From an uncultured Acidimicrobiales bacterium (GTDB taxonomy: Bacteria; Actinomycetota; Acidimicrobiia; Acidimicrobiales; SZUA-35): a stretch of DNA of 64,000 nt. The stretch spans positions 3,669 to 67,668 of the forward strand of contig CALKTH010000016.1 in NCBI GenBank assembly GCA_937997485.1, given 5' to 3'. Shown here one piece after another: positions 25,737 to 34,349 of this stretch. The translations under genes were made by a program, and so were the position numbers. The notes under the pieces were generated by a model that was not told where the DNA came from, searched no databases, and was given only the letters and a program-made list of their open reading frames with translations. Position 1 is the stretch's first letter, and each line of letters begins with the position of its first letter.

Positions 25737-27425
25737 ATGCCTCTCTCCCAAACCTCGCTCCCCGCAACTCCAGCGTCTGTCGCAAACATCTCGGCGGAGG
25801 ACGATGGACCGTTCGAGTCCGTCCTCATGCTCGGACTCGGGCAGATGTATGGGCAGGTTGGGTCAAACCTCGCCCTGCCGTCGCTGGAAGAGCTCGACGC
25901 AGCATCGCCGGTGCCTGGCGCCGGATCGCTCCTTTGGGCGAGCAACGAAGAACTCGTCGCCGAAGTCGCCGATCACCTGTGTTTCTCGCCGAGTCCGGAC
26001 TACTCGGCCGACGATCTCGCGCTGCTGCAGATGGTGTTCGACCCCGAGTCCAGCGAAGAGGCTCGCCGTCGAGCCGTGAGAGACCTCGGTCGGATGACCG
26101 GTCGGACGAGCGCCGCCGACGATGGCCTGCGAGCGCTCTACGAGCGACGTCGTTTCGCTGCAACGCTGGTGTCCAGCTTCGGCTTGGCCTCCACCGCATT
26201 CGGCGAACACATCTCGAAGAAGCTCGAAGACAACTTCGTAAGAGCTCGTCGGGGCAACGAATTGCTCTACGAGGCCTTGGGTCGCGGCTCCCGCCTCGGT
26301 CCAGACCCTGCGCTGTTCGGCCCCGGTGGCACCCATATTCGAGCTGGCCTCCCCTCGATACCGGAGTTGCTGAGCGTCGGCATGGGCTTGGTCTACGAAG
26401 GGCTCGATCTACGCCGGGGCATCGAGCCGCTGTGGCCCACCGTCTACCTCCCATCGGGCCCGAACGGCGACGTGGAAGACTGGGCGCTCGCCGCGATTGC
26501 ATTCGACGCATTCCACCGCTTTCTCACCGTCGACACGGCCAACAACGATCCCGCTCAGGAAAGTGATTTCGGCCTCCTTCTCGACTCTGCGGCGTTCGAT
26601 GAGACCGAGAGCTCGCCGATTCCACCGATTCCGGGCGAACCCCGCCGTCTCACCGAGGCAGCGGGCCTGCGACGCAAGCTTCTCGACGTCGCCGTCGGTC
26701 AGCTCCGGGCCTCTGCCTGCAACTCGCTGGCCGAAGGACCTGACTACGCCTTCTTGCAGACGCAAGCAGCCCTCCGAGACATCGACCCCTCGATGGTGGC
26801 GGGAGATCCGCGCGATTTCCTCACCATGGCAGCGCTCGCTGCATGCAGCGACGACGGCATCGCTTGGGACGAGACGAGACAGCAAACGCTCGAAGACTCG
26901 ATCGATGCGATCATCGAGGGCTGGCCGGAAGAAGAGCGTGCGCTCGGGGTTCAGGAACTGGGACGAGTCTTCGGAAGCTTGATCCCGAACAATCGCCGGC
27001 GCCAACGCCGTATGGCCCGCCGTTTGCCGTTCTTCTGCAGCGTGGGCGCTTCCGGCGTAGCTGAATCGCCGGCAGACGAGCTCGACCTCGCGGCGGTCCG
27101 CCTTCGCCAGACATGCGAAGACGCCTATCGGAGTGCGACGCAGCACATCGCCCTCGTGATACGCCACACCACGCAGCGACTCGGGCTGCGGCCAACCCGA
27201 GCGATGTTCGGCAGCGAGCCGGATGCTGTGGTGTTGGCGAGCGAAATCTATGCCGTGATCTACCACTCCGTCGCTGAGGGAATCGCGTTCCGCGAACGGT
27301 TCGATCCCATGTGCCAGCTCTTCGAGCTGGCCTCGGGCCCGGACAACGAATTGCGTCGTTGGGACTTCGCTGCCCTCATCTCGAGTGCGATGTTGGCCAG
27401 CCTCTACGAGCCAGCTGAATCCTGA
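25737..27425 (+). CDS. hypothetical protein, paralog 2 of a tandem pair (no recognisable domain)
   Basis: 562-aa ORF. It shares with paralog 1 the blocks Y(Q/E)RR...L(R/E)D(S/N)(Y/F)...LY(R/E)A, LPSGP(D/N)G...W and the C-terminal RP..A(L/M)FG...A.E(L/I)(F/Y)AV(V/I)...EG..(L/F)R..FDPMC. Confidence 0.65.
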   Translation: MPLSQTSLPATPASVANISAEDDGPFESVLMLGLGQMYGQVGSNLALPSLEELDAASPVPGAGSLLWASNEELVAEVADHLCFSPSPDYSADDLALLQMVFDPESSEEARRRAVRDLGRMTGRTSAADDGLRALYERRRFAATLVSSFGLASTAFGEHISKKLEDNFVRARRGNELLYEALGRGSRLGPDPALFGPGGTHIRAGLPSIPELLSVGMGLVYEGLDLRRGIEPLWPTVYLPSGPNGDVEDWALAAIAFDAFHRFLTVDTANNDPAQESDFGLLLDSAAFDETESSPIPPIPGEPRRLTEAAGLRRKLLDVAVGQLRASACNSLAEGPDYAFLQTQAALRDIDPSMVAGDPRDFLTMAALAACSDDGIAWDETRQQTLEDSIDAIIEGWPEEERALGVQELGRVFGSLIPNNRRRQRRMARRLPFFCSVGASGVAESPADELDLAAVRLRQTCEDAYRSATQHIALVIRHTTQRLGLRPTRAMFGSEPDAVVLASEIYAVIYHSVAEGIAFRERFDPMCQLFELASGPDNELRRWDFAALISSAMLASLYEPAES

Positions 27426-27486
27426 CGCCACCGAGCGAACGGCACCTGCACGCTCCGGCCAACACCGACGCGACTCGGGCGCACGC

Positions 27487-28503
27487 TCAGAGCAATCGCC
27501 ACGTGGCGACAAGCGACGGCTCACCCTCAACGGGTTCGGCTCGACCTTCACGGTGAAGTGCCAGGAGGTGTGAGTAGACCGAGTTGGCAGCCGCCCGCCA
27601 GAGCCTTTTGTCGGTCTCGGCGTACATCGTTGGCACCAGATCTTTGATCGTGGACGGACCAGCCGAGAGCGCATCAACGATCTGGGTTTCCCGGCCCAGC
27701 CGATGCTCGAGGAAGTCACGTACATATGCCTGCGGTTCGTCGATGGCGGGCCCATGCGTCGGCCAGTAACGCAGGTCGTCCCTGTCGAGCAGCTTGCGAA
27801 GGCTGGCGAGGTAGTCGAAGAGATCGCCATCCGGTGGCGAGATAACGGATGTGGCCCAGCCCATCACGTGGTCGCCGGTGAACAGCACCTTCTCTTCAGC
27901 GAGTCCGAAGCAGATGTGGTTCGAGGTGTGGCCCGGCGTGTGGACCACGTGGACGGTTCCCGTTCCTGCAGTCCCATCAACGCCCTCGACATGAGCACCG
28001 ACCATGATCACGTCGCCGTCGCCAACGATGACATCGGGCAGGAAGTCCTGGTCTGGCCCCTCACGCTTGAGCTCATCAGGGATCTCGGCCCACTCCTTCT
28101 CGATCTTCTGCTTCTCCTCCGGCGTGAAGTACTCGTCGAAGGTCACCTGCTCGAGCGGATCACGATCGGGCACCGGACCGTGAGGACCGAATCCGTAGGT
28201 CACGGCGGAGGTACGAGCGACCAGCTTGGCGACGCCCGCAGTGTGGTCGGTGTGCGTGTGCGTGACGAGGATCTTCGTGATCGTCTCACCCTCGTCGAGC
28301 GCAGCCATGATCGCATCGAGGTGTTCATCGACCGTGGGTCCGGGATCGATCACCGCAACCTCACCTCGGCCAAGGAGGTAGACCCCCGTTCCAGTGAACG
28401 TGAACGGGTTCGGATTCTTGGCCACGACCCGCCGAATCAGAGGCGAGAGCTCAACCACCTCGCCGTACTTGGGTTCGAACTCTCGGTTGAAGGTGATGGG
28501 CAT
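27487..28503 (-). CDS. MBL-fold metallo-hydrolase
   Basis: VTHTHTDHTAG (HxHxDH), later HTPGHT and a C-terminal winged-helix-like tail. Confidence 0.85.
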   Translation of the reverse strand: MPITFNREFEPKYGEVVELSPLIRRVVAKNPNPFTFTGTGVYLLGRGEVAVIDPGPTVDEHLDAIMAALDEGETITKILVTHTHTDHTAGVAKLVARTSAVTYGFGPHGPVPDRDPLEQVTFDEYFTPEEKQKIEKEWAEIPDELKREGPDQDFLPDVIVGDGDVIMVGAHVEGVDGTAGTGTVHVVHTPGHTSNHICFGLAEEKVLFTGDHVMGWATSVISPPDGDLFDYLASLRKLLDRDDLRYWPTHGPAIDEPQAYVRDFLEHRLGRETQIVDALSAGPSTIKDLVPTMYAETDKRLWRAAANSVYSHLLALHREGRAEPVEGEPSLVATWRLL

Positions 28504-28782
28504 CTAGAGAGGTCCTTCGGAGTCGGGTATGACAGTGATGACGAGTCGGCCGTCGGCATTCACCTCGGCGTTGAAACGGGGACGCTCACCGCTGATGACC
28601 GTGGCGGTCCCGTCGGCCGATGCTGAGATCTCGTAGTGCGGGCCGACGAGTTCCACGATGGTTGGAGCCACACGCTCGAGGTGGTCGACAACACCGGCGT
28701 ACCGGTCCATGTCGAATGCATCAAGGTCGAGTTCGACCCAATCCTGATGTCCGAGGCCGGGAAACGTCACCGGACCAGTCAA
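28504..28782 (-). CDS. hypothetical small protein
   Basis: 92-aa ORF whose stop abuts the MBL start (28504/28503). No recognisable motif. Confidence 0.45.
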   Translation of the reverse strand: MTGPVTFPGLGHQDWVELDLDAFDMDRYAGVVDHLERVAPTIVELVGPHYEISASADGTATVISGERPRFNAEVNADGRLVITVIPDSEGPL

Positions 28783-28796
28783 GCACAGCGCTGTGG

Positions 28797-29228
28797 TCAG
28801 TCCGATTCCGGGTCGGGCACGTGGAGCTCCGCCAGGTTCTCAAAGAGCCAGGAGGGTGGCCGCATCGGCTTGCCCGCATTGTCGGTGATCCCACCTCGGA
28901 GCGTGATGGTCACGCATATCTCATCACCACGGCGAATGACTTGGCGCCAGCGTGTGCTGGCCCGGCGCAGCTCGGAAAGCCATGTCTCGACGTGAAGGGT
29001 GTCGCCGGCCACCGCTGGCCGCTTGTAGGCCGCAGTCAGGTCCATCACAACGACCTGCACACCCTGCTCGGCCATCTTCTCCAACGGCAGACCGATGGCT
29101 TCGAGCGCCTCGGTCCGTGCGTGCTCGAAGTAGCTGATGTAGACGGCGTGATTCACGTGTCCGTAGGGGTCGAGTTCGTTGAATCGCACCTTGATGGGCG
29201 TGACGTGCGGAGCGGGCATGCGCCGCAC
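28797..29228 (-). CDS. acyl-CoA thioesterase (4HBT/YbgC hotdog family)
   Basis: VRFNELDPYGHVNHAVYISYFEHAR is the hotdog thioesterase catalytic N-terminus. Confidence 0.8.
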   Translation of the reverse strand: MRRMPAPHVTPIKVRFNELDPYGHVNHAVYISYFEHARTEALEAIGLPLEKMAEQGVQVVVMDLTAAYKRPAVAGDTLHVETWLSELRRASTRWRQVIRRGDEICVTITLRGGITDNAGKPMRPPSWLFENLAELHVPDPESD

Positions 29229-29254
29229 CGTAGCGCTGGGTTAGCGTCCCGCTC

Positions 29255-30442
29255 ATGACCGATCTCGCGGCCCAACCACTACGCGGCGTACGGGTAGTCG
29301 AGCTGGCGCAGTGGGTGGCGGGCCCGGCTGTGGGCGGCCTCATGGCGGACTGGGGCGCCGATGTCATCAAGGTGGAGGCGCCTACCGGCGATCCGCAACG
29401 AGCGCTGTTCCAGTCGACGGGGATCACCAAACCGCTTCCTAACCCGCCGTTCGCGCAAGACAACCGCGGCAAACGAAGCGTCGTTCTCGACCTGCGAAGC
29501 GAGGATGGGCGAGAACGGCTCGACGAGCTTCTCATCACCGCCGACGTGTTCGTCACCAACCTGAGGCCGGGAGCGCTCGAGCGGCTTGACTTGGATCCGA
29601 GTGACGTCGTGAAGCGGTTCCCCGAACTCATCGTCGCGGCACAGACCGGCTACGGCTCGGTTGGCCCCGAGCGTGACACTCCCGGCTACGACATCGGCGC
29701 CTACCTGGCTCGTTCTGGCATTGCTCGCCGGTACAGCCCCGATCCCGAGCCACCGCTTTTCATCCGGTCCGGTGTCGGCGATCACGCCACTGCCCTGGCC
29801 ACACTCACCGGCATTCTGGCCAAGCTCTACGAGCGATCAGGCACGGGCCAAGGAGGCCTTGTCGAGACCTCACTCTTCCAAACTGGCATGTACACCGCGT
29901 CGTGGGACTTGAGCCTGCAGCGGACGTTCGGCAAGCTCGCGCCAACGCCGCATCGCACGGAGAGCGACGGGGCGCTGGTGAACTCCTACGCCGCCTCGGA
30001 CGGTCAATGGTTCTTCCTCATCGGCCTGGAAACGATGCGCCATCTCCCTTCGGTGTGTCACGCCATCGGCCAACCGGATCTCTTGAACGACGAGGACTTC
30101 GCTAGCGCTGCGGCCGCCCGGGACAACGGCCCGCGCCTCGTCGCCATCCTCAGTGAGGCGTTCGGGCGTGAGCCCCTCGCATACTGGCGCCAGCGTTTCA
30201 GCGAGCACGATGTGTGGTGGGCGCCGTGCCAGACCATGGAGCAGGTCATGGATGATCCGCAAGCGGCCGCCCTGGGCAGCTTCCACCGGACGCTCGGACC
30301 GGACGATCCTCGCGAAGCGATGCACACCGTCGCCTCGCCCGTCTGGTTTGACCGGCAGGGTGCCCCTCCGCCTCGGCCAGTTCCGGCCCTCGGCCAGCAC
30401 ACCGAGGAAGTGTTGAGAGAACTCGACAAGCTGGACCCATGA
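29255..30442 (+). CDS. CoA transferase family III (CaiB/BaiF)
   Basis: LRGVRVVELAQWVAGPAVGGLMADWGADVIKVE...DVFVTNLRPGALERLGL-type pattern and a 395-aa length. Confidence 0.9.
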   Translation: MTDLAAQPLRGVRVVELAQWVAGPAVGGLMADWGADVIKVEAPTGDPQRALFQSTGITKPLPNPPFAQDNRGKRSVVLDLRSEDGRERLDELLITADVFVTNLRPGALERLDLDPSDVVKRFPELIVAAQTGYGSVGPERDTPGYDIGAYLARSGIARRYSPDPEPPLFIRSGVGDHATALATLTGILAKLYERSGTGQGGLVETSLFQTGMYTASWDLSLQRTFGKLAPTPHRTESDGALVNSYAASDGQWFFLIGLETMRHLPSVCHAIGQPDLLNDEDFASAAAARDNGPRLVAILSEAFGREPLAYWRQRFSEHDVWWAPCQTMEQVMDDPQAAALGSFHRTLGPDDPREAMHTVASPVWFDRQGAPPPRPVPALGQHTEEVLRELDKLDP

Positions 30443-31197
30443 CCGCACAACCGTTTCCGTTCATCGGTTCACAGGGGCACGAGTTGGCCGGTGTGCTGCA
30501 CCGGCCGAGCAGCGCGGCCAAGGGCTCGGTGCTCCTGGCCCACTGCTTTACCTGTTCCAAAGATCTGCACACGATGACCCGGCTCGCCAAAGGCCTGGCC
30601 GACGCCGGCTACGCCGCGCTTCGTTTCGACTTCACCGGCATCGGCGAGTCCGGCGGAGACTTCGCAGACAAGACAGTCAGCGCGAACGTCTCCGATCTCA
30701 CTCGAGCGGCGGCGTCATTGATTGCCGAGGGCTTTGGGCCCTGTGCCCTGATCGGCCACAGCTTGGGTGGGGCGGCGTCGGTGCTGGCCGCTCACCGACT
30801 GAAAACGGTGCGGTCGCTCATCACCATCGGGGCGCCCAGTAGCACCGAACACGTGACACACCTCTTCGCTGATGATGTGGAGGAACTGGCGAACGCTGGC
30901 CGAGCCACCGTCACCATCAGCGGGCGCTCGTTCGAATTGGCCTCGGGCTTCCTGGATGATCTCGGCCAGCATGATGTGCTGACCAGCGCAGCCGAACTCA
31001 ATCGTCCGTACCTCGTGATTCATGCGCAGGACGACACCGTCGTTGGGTTCGACAACGGTCAGGCGCTCTTCGATGCGGCGCAGGAACCGAAGCGCATGCT
31101 CGCACTCGAATCAGGCGGTCACCTGCTCGGGCCGCGCGATGCCGCCGAGGCAGCCCTCGAGGCGATCGTCGCCTTTCTGGACGAGACCAACGGCTGA
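30439..31197 (+). CDS. alpha/beta hydrolase
   Basis: Nucleophile elbow GHSLGG. ATGA overlap with the CoA transferase gene. Confidence 0.8.
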   Translation: MTAQPFPFIGSQGHELAGVLHRPSSAAKGSVLLAHCFTCSKDLHTMTRLAKGLADAGYAALRFDFTGIGESGGDFADKTVSANVSDLTRAAASLIAEGFGPCALIGHSLGGAASVLAAHRLKTVRSLITIGAPSSTEHVTHLFADDVEELANAGRATVTISGRSFELASGFLDDLGQHDVLTSAAELNRPYLVIHAQDDTVVGFDNGQALFDAAQEPKRMLALESGGHLLGPRDAAEAALEAIVAFLDETNG

Positions 31198-31225
31198 ACC
31201 CATCCGGTGAGCTGAGTTTGAGCCG

Positions 31226-32245
31226 TCAGACCGGACCGCCGCCAAGCGCATCGATCGCCTCGGGCACGGTGGTGACCCGGCGGACGAGCTCCCAGCCCGG
31301 ACGACGGCCACCGTTGGTGCTCGTGAACGATCGATCGAGTGTGGTCAGAACGCCGGAGCTCAGCCAGAAGGGCTCGTCTCCCTCCGGCGGCTCGAGGAAC
31401 ACCATCGGACTCGAGGTTCCAAAGGTTTCGTAGGCGTTCTGAGCAGCGTCCTGGAACACTTCTTGCAGCGTGCCGGGGCCGCCCTGGACGAAGACGATGC
31501 CACCAGTGGCAATGGCCAGCAGACCATCCTCGCGCTCGCTGTTCGAGAAATACTTGGCGATGTGCGTGGCGAATGGATTCGACGGCTCGTGTCCGTAGAA
31601 CCAGGTCGGGATGGACAGGCTCACGACGGGATGCTCGAGCTCCGCCCAGATGTCGGTGGCTGTGCGAATGAAGGCGTCCACGTTTTCGTTGAATCCGGGG
31701 GCTGCGGCCAGCCGGTCAACGAGCGCATCAACATCGGTGGGATCGAGGTTGCTCGTGGCGGCGCCAAGGTTCGCTGCTTCCATCGCCCCCGGGCCGCCGC
31801 CCGTCGCCACGCAGAAACCGGCCACCGTGAGCGACCGACCCAGAGAGACGACCTGCCGATAGCCGCTCGATCCTCGTTTCATCGCATGACCGCCCATGAC
31901 ACCAACCACCGTCTTGCCTTGCCGGAACTCATCGAGAGCAACGGTGATGCCGTGATCGTGCAGGCGTTGAGCCAACGATTCGACCGGGGAGATCGTCGGT
32001 CCTCCGGCGACCCGCGCCCGGCGATAGATCTTCTGGTCGACACACCCACCGAAGCCGACAGCACCGAGATCGACGTAGAGATCCCCCGGCGTGTAGAGCC
32101 GCTCTGGGGTCGCGTGGTAGGGCAGGTAGCCGAGTTGATCGTGAAGGCTCGCGACGAGCTCATCGACCTCGTCGGCCCAGCTGCCGCTGGACCCGTCGCT
32201 CGTGGTCGATTGATCTGCATTGCCGTGGTGCTGCACGGCCAGCAC
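31226..32245 (-). CDS. LOG-family / TIGR00730-like Rossmann nucleotide-binding protein (long form)
   Basis: VVGVMGGH...ATGGGPGAMEAAN and GGIVFVQGGPGTLQE (the PGGxGTxxE-type LOG motif). Confidence 0.72.
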   Translation of the reverse strand: MLAVQHHGNADQSTTSDGSSGSWADEVDELVASLHDQLGYLPYHATPERLYTPGDLYVDLGAVGFGGCVDQKIYRRARVAGGPTISPVESLAQRLHDHGITVALDEFRQGKTVVGVMGGHAMKRGSSGYRQVVSLGRSLTVAGFCVATGGGPGAMEAANLGAATSNLDPTDVDALVDRLAAAPGFNENVDAFIRTATDIWAELEHPVVSLSIPTWFYGHEPSNPFATHIAKYFSNSEREDGLLAIATGGIVFVQGGPGTLQEVFQDAAQNAYETFGTSSPMVFLEPPEGDEPFWLSSGVLTTLDRSFTSTNGGRRPGWELVRRVTTVPEAIDALGGGPV

Positions 32246-32303
32246 CGTAGCGAACCGGTGGCGTGACCTCAGCCCAGGAACCGCTCAGCGGTATCATCTC
32301 GCC

Positions 32304-32507
32304 GTGGACGAACCGACCGAAGAGCTCAACCGTGGGCGACCCCGCACGACCTTCGGCACCATTCTCATGGCGGCGATGATCGGCCTTGCCGATGCACTCG
32401 GCTGGGACCGGCCACGAGACCGAGGGGAGATCGTGCAGCTCGCCCCAGATCTCGACACCGGAGATCTCCCGCTCGACTTCGGCCCGCTACCTCCCCTCGA
32501 TTCATGA
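32304..32507 (+). CDS. hypothetical small protein (67 aa), translationally coupled to the S51 peptidase gene
   Basis: GTG start at 32304. Its TGA overlaps the downstream ATG (ATGA at 32504). One hydrophobic helix (FGTILMAAMIGLADAL). Weak call. Confidence 0.35.
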   Translation: MDEPTEELNRGRPRTTFGTILMAAMIGLADALGWDRPRDRGEIVQLAPDLDTGDLPLDFGPLPPLDS

Positions 32508-33286
32508 CCAGCCCTGCGTCTGCACCATCTCCCGGCCCGATTGCCCTCGTGGGCAGCGGGGAGTTCATGCCAGCGACCGAGGCGGTTGATCGCGCGCTGC
32601 TCGACACTGTCCGCCGCCGCCGAGCAGGGGCACACGACGACGGGCACCAACAGCGGGCCGTGATCATTCCCGTTGCCTCCGGCCAAGAAGGCAGCGGGAG
32701 CGTGAATCGCTGGCTTGACCTGGGTGCTGCTCACTACCGCCGGCTCGGCATTGAGCCCACACCCCTGCCCATCGTCGACGCGGCATCAGCCAACGACGCC
32801 GAGCTGGCTGCGCAGATCCAGGGGGCCGACCTCATCTACTTCTCTGGCGGCGACCCTGCGTATGTGAGCGCTTCGATGCGTGGTTCCTTTGCCTGGGATG
32901 CCGTACTGGAGGCGTGGCAAGCGGGATCAGCACTTGCTGGTTGTTCCGCCGGCGCAATGATGATGGGCTCCTTGACGGGCTCGCCCCGCCAGTCCGGCTT
33001 GAGCCCGGCGCTTGGCATCTTCGAGGACCTGGTCGTCCTCCCTCACTTCGACCGGATGGAGTCCTTCCGCCCGGGCCGCACCAACGACGTCATCAACGAG
33101 GTTGGTCCCGAGACCGTGGTGCTGGGCGTTGATGAGGACACGGGCCTCGTGCAGGACGACCTCGGCTGGGCCGTGATCGGCCGCCAAAACGTCTGGCTCC
33201 TTGCCCCGGGCGAGCGACGCTCATTCCGGCCAGGCGAACGAGTGCCATTCGATCACACGCCGATCAGCTGGACCGCCGAGCGGTAG
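32504..33286 (+). CDS. peptidase S51 / type 1 glutamine amidotransferase-like protein (cyanophycinase/peptidase E family)
   Basis: IALVGSGEF..., LIYFSGGDPAY and the nucleophile context LAGCSAGAMMMG. Confidence 0.72.
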   Translation: MTSPASAPSPGPIALVGSGEFMPATEAVDRALLDTVRRRRAGAHDDGHQQRAVIIPVASGQEGSGSVNRWLDLGAAHYRRLGIEPTPLPIVDAASANDAELAAQIQGADLIYFSGGDPAYVSASMRGSFAWDAVLEAWQAGSALAGCSAGAMMMGSLTGSPRQSGLSPALGIFEDLVVLPHFDRMESFRPGRTNDVINEVGPETVVLGVDEDTGLVQDDLGWAVIGRQNVWLLAPGERRSFRPGERVPFDHTPISWTAER

Positions 33287-33314
33287 GCCCCGAGACCGAG
33301 GCCTCAGTCGCGAT

Positions 33315-34349
33315 TCATGCGGTGTTGCGTACCACGAGGTGCGTCGGTGACACGATGTGCTCCGGCTCGACGCGGTCGTTCGAGTTCCGGGCCGCCATGG
33401 CTCGCAGTGCGAGGCGGGCCGCCTGAGCACCGATGAGATCCACCTCTTGGTGAATGGTCGTGAGACCGAAGATCGGTGCGGTCTCGTGATCATCAAAGCC
33501 CACAAGCGCCACGTCACCCGGCACGTCGAGCCCGCGTTGGCGGGCAAGGTGCAACGCTCCGATCGCCATCACATCACTCATGGCGAACACCGCCGTGGGC
33601 GGCTCTGGTAGATCGAGGAGCTGGGCCATGGCTTCGCCGCCTCCGTCGATCGAAAAGCCACCGGCCGTTTCGAGCTCCACGGAAACATCAAGTCCAGCCG
33701 CCACCAGAACATCTCGGAAACTGTCGCGCCTCGGCAAGGAGGGTCGGAAGTGGACCGCAAGCTGCACGCCAGTGATCATGCCGATGCGCTCATGGCCCGC
33801 GTCGATCAGGTACCGAGCGGCCGCTGCTGCGGCCTCGGTCTCAGCGAGAGTGATGGAAGAGAAGCTCGGCGTCCGGCTGCCCAGCGTGACGATGCGGGCA
33901 CCGGCTGCTGCGAGCCGCTCCGCCTCGAGGTCTGAGATCCGGAGATCCACCATGATGAGAGCGTCACTTCGGCGCCACCATGCGCCGTTTCCGGCCAGGA
34001 ACGCCTGCCGCTCCACCTCATTGGTGATGGCATAGAGCAAGAGATCGACGTTGCTCTCCTTCAGGATGGCTTCGATGCCGGCAACGACTCGGGCGCCATA
34101 CCACGAGTCGAGTACGGGAACGGCCACTGCCACGGTGCCGGTCAGACCACCGGCGAGACGGGACGCACCGGGGTCGGCGACGTAGTCCAGTGCAGCGGCC
34201 GTTTCTCGGACTCGATCACGAGTTGACGGCGCGACGTTGGGGAGGTCTCGCAACGCACGGCTGACCGTCGCAACCGAGACACCAGCCGCAATGGCCACGT
34301 CTTCGATCGTGACGATCTTCGCCCCGTGTTGGGCCCCGTGTTGGCTCAT
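33315..34349 (-). CDS. LacI-family transcriptional regulator
   Basis: The N-terminal HTH VTIEDVAIAAGVSVATVSRALRD is followed by a periplasmic-binding-fold body. Confidence 0.9.
   Translation of the reverse strand: MSQHGAQHGAKIVTIEDVAIAAGVSVATVSRALRDLPNVAPSTRDRVRETAAALDYVADPGASRLAGGLTGTVAVAVPVLDSWYGARVVAGIEAILKESNVDLLLYAITNEVERQAFLAGNGAWWRRSDALIMVDLRISDLEAERLAAAGARIVTLGSRTPSFSSITLAETEAAAAAARYLIDAGHERIGMITGVQLAVHFRPSLPRRDSFRDVLVAAGLDVSVELETAGGFSIDGGGEAMAQLLDLPEPPTAVFAMSDVMAIGALHLARQRGLDVPGDVALVGFDDHETAPIFGLTTIHQEVDLIGAQAARLALRAMAARNSNDRVEPEHIVSPTHLVVRNTA

Noticed and set aside
26409-27830. 473-aa minus-strand ORF.
   Set aside because: It is antisense to paralog 2 and runs in an alternative frame over the MBL gene. 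It shows no paralogy signal, unlike the plus-strand frame.
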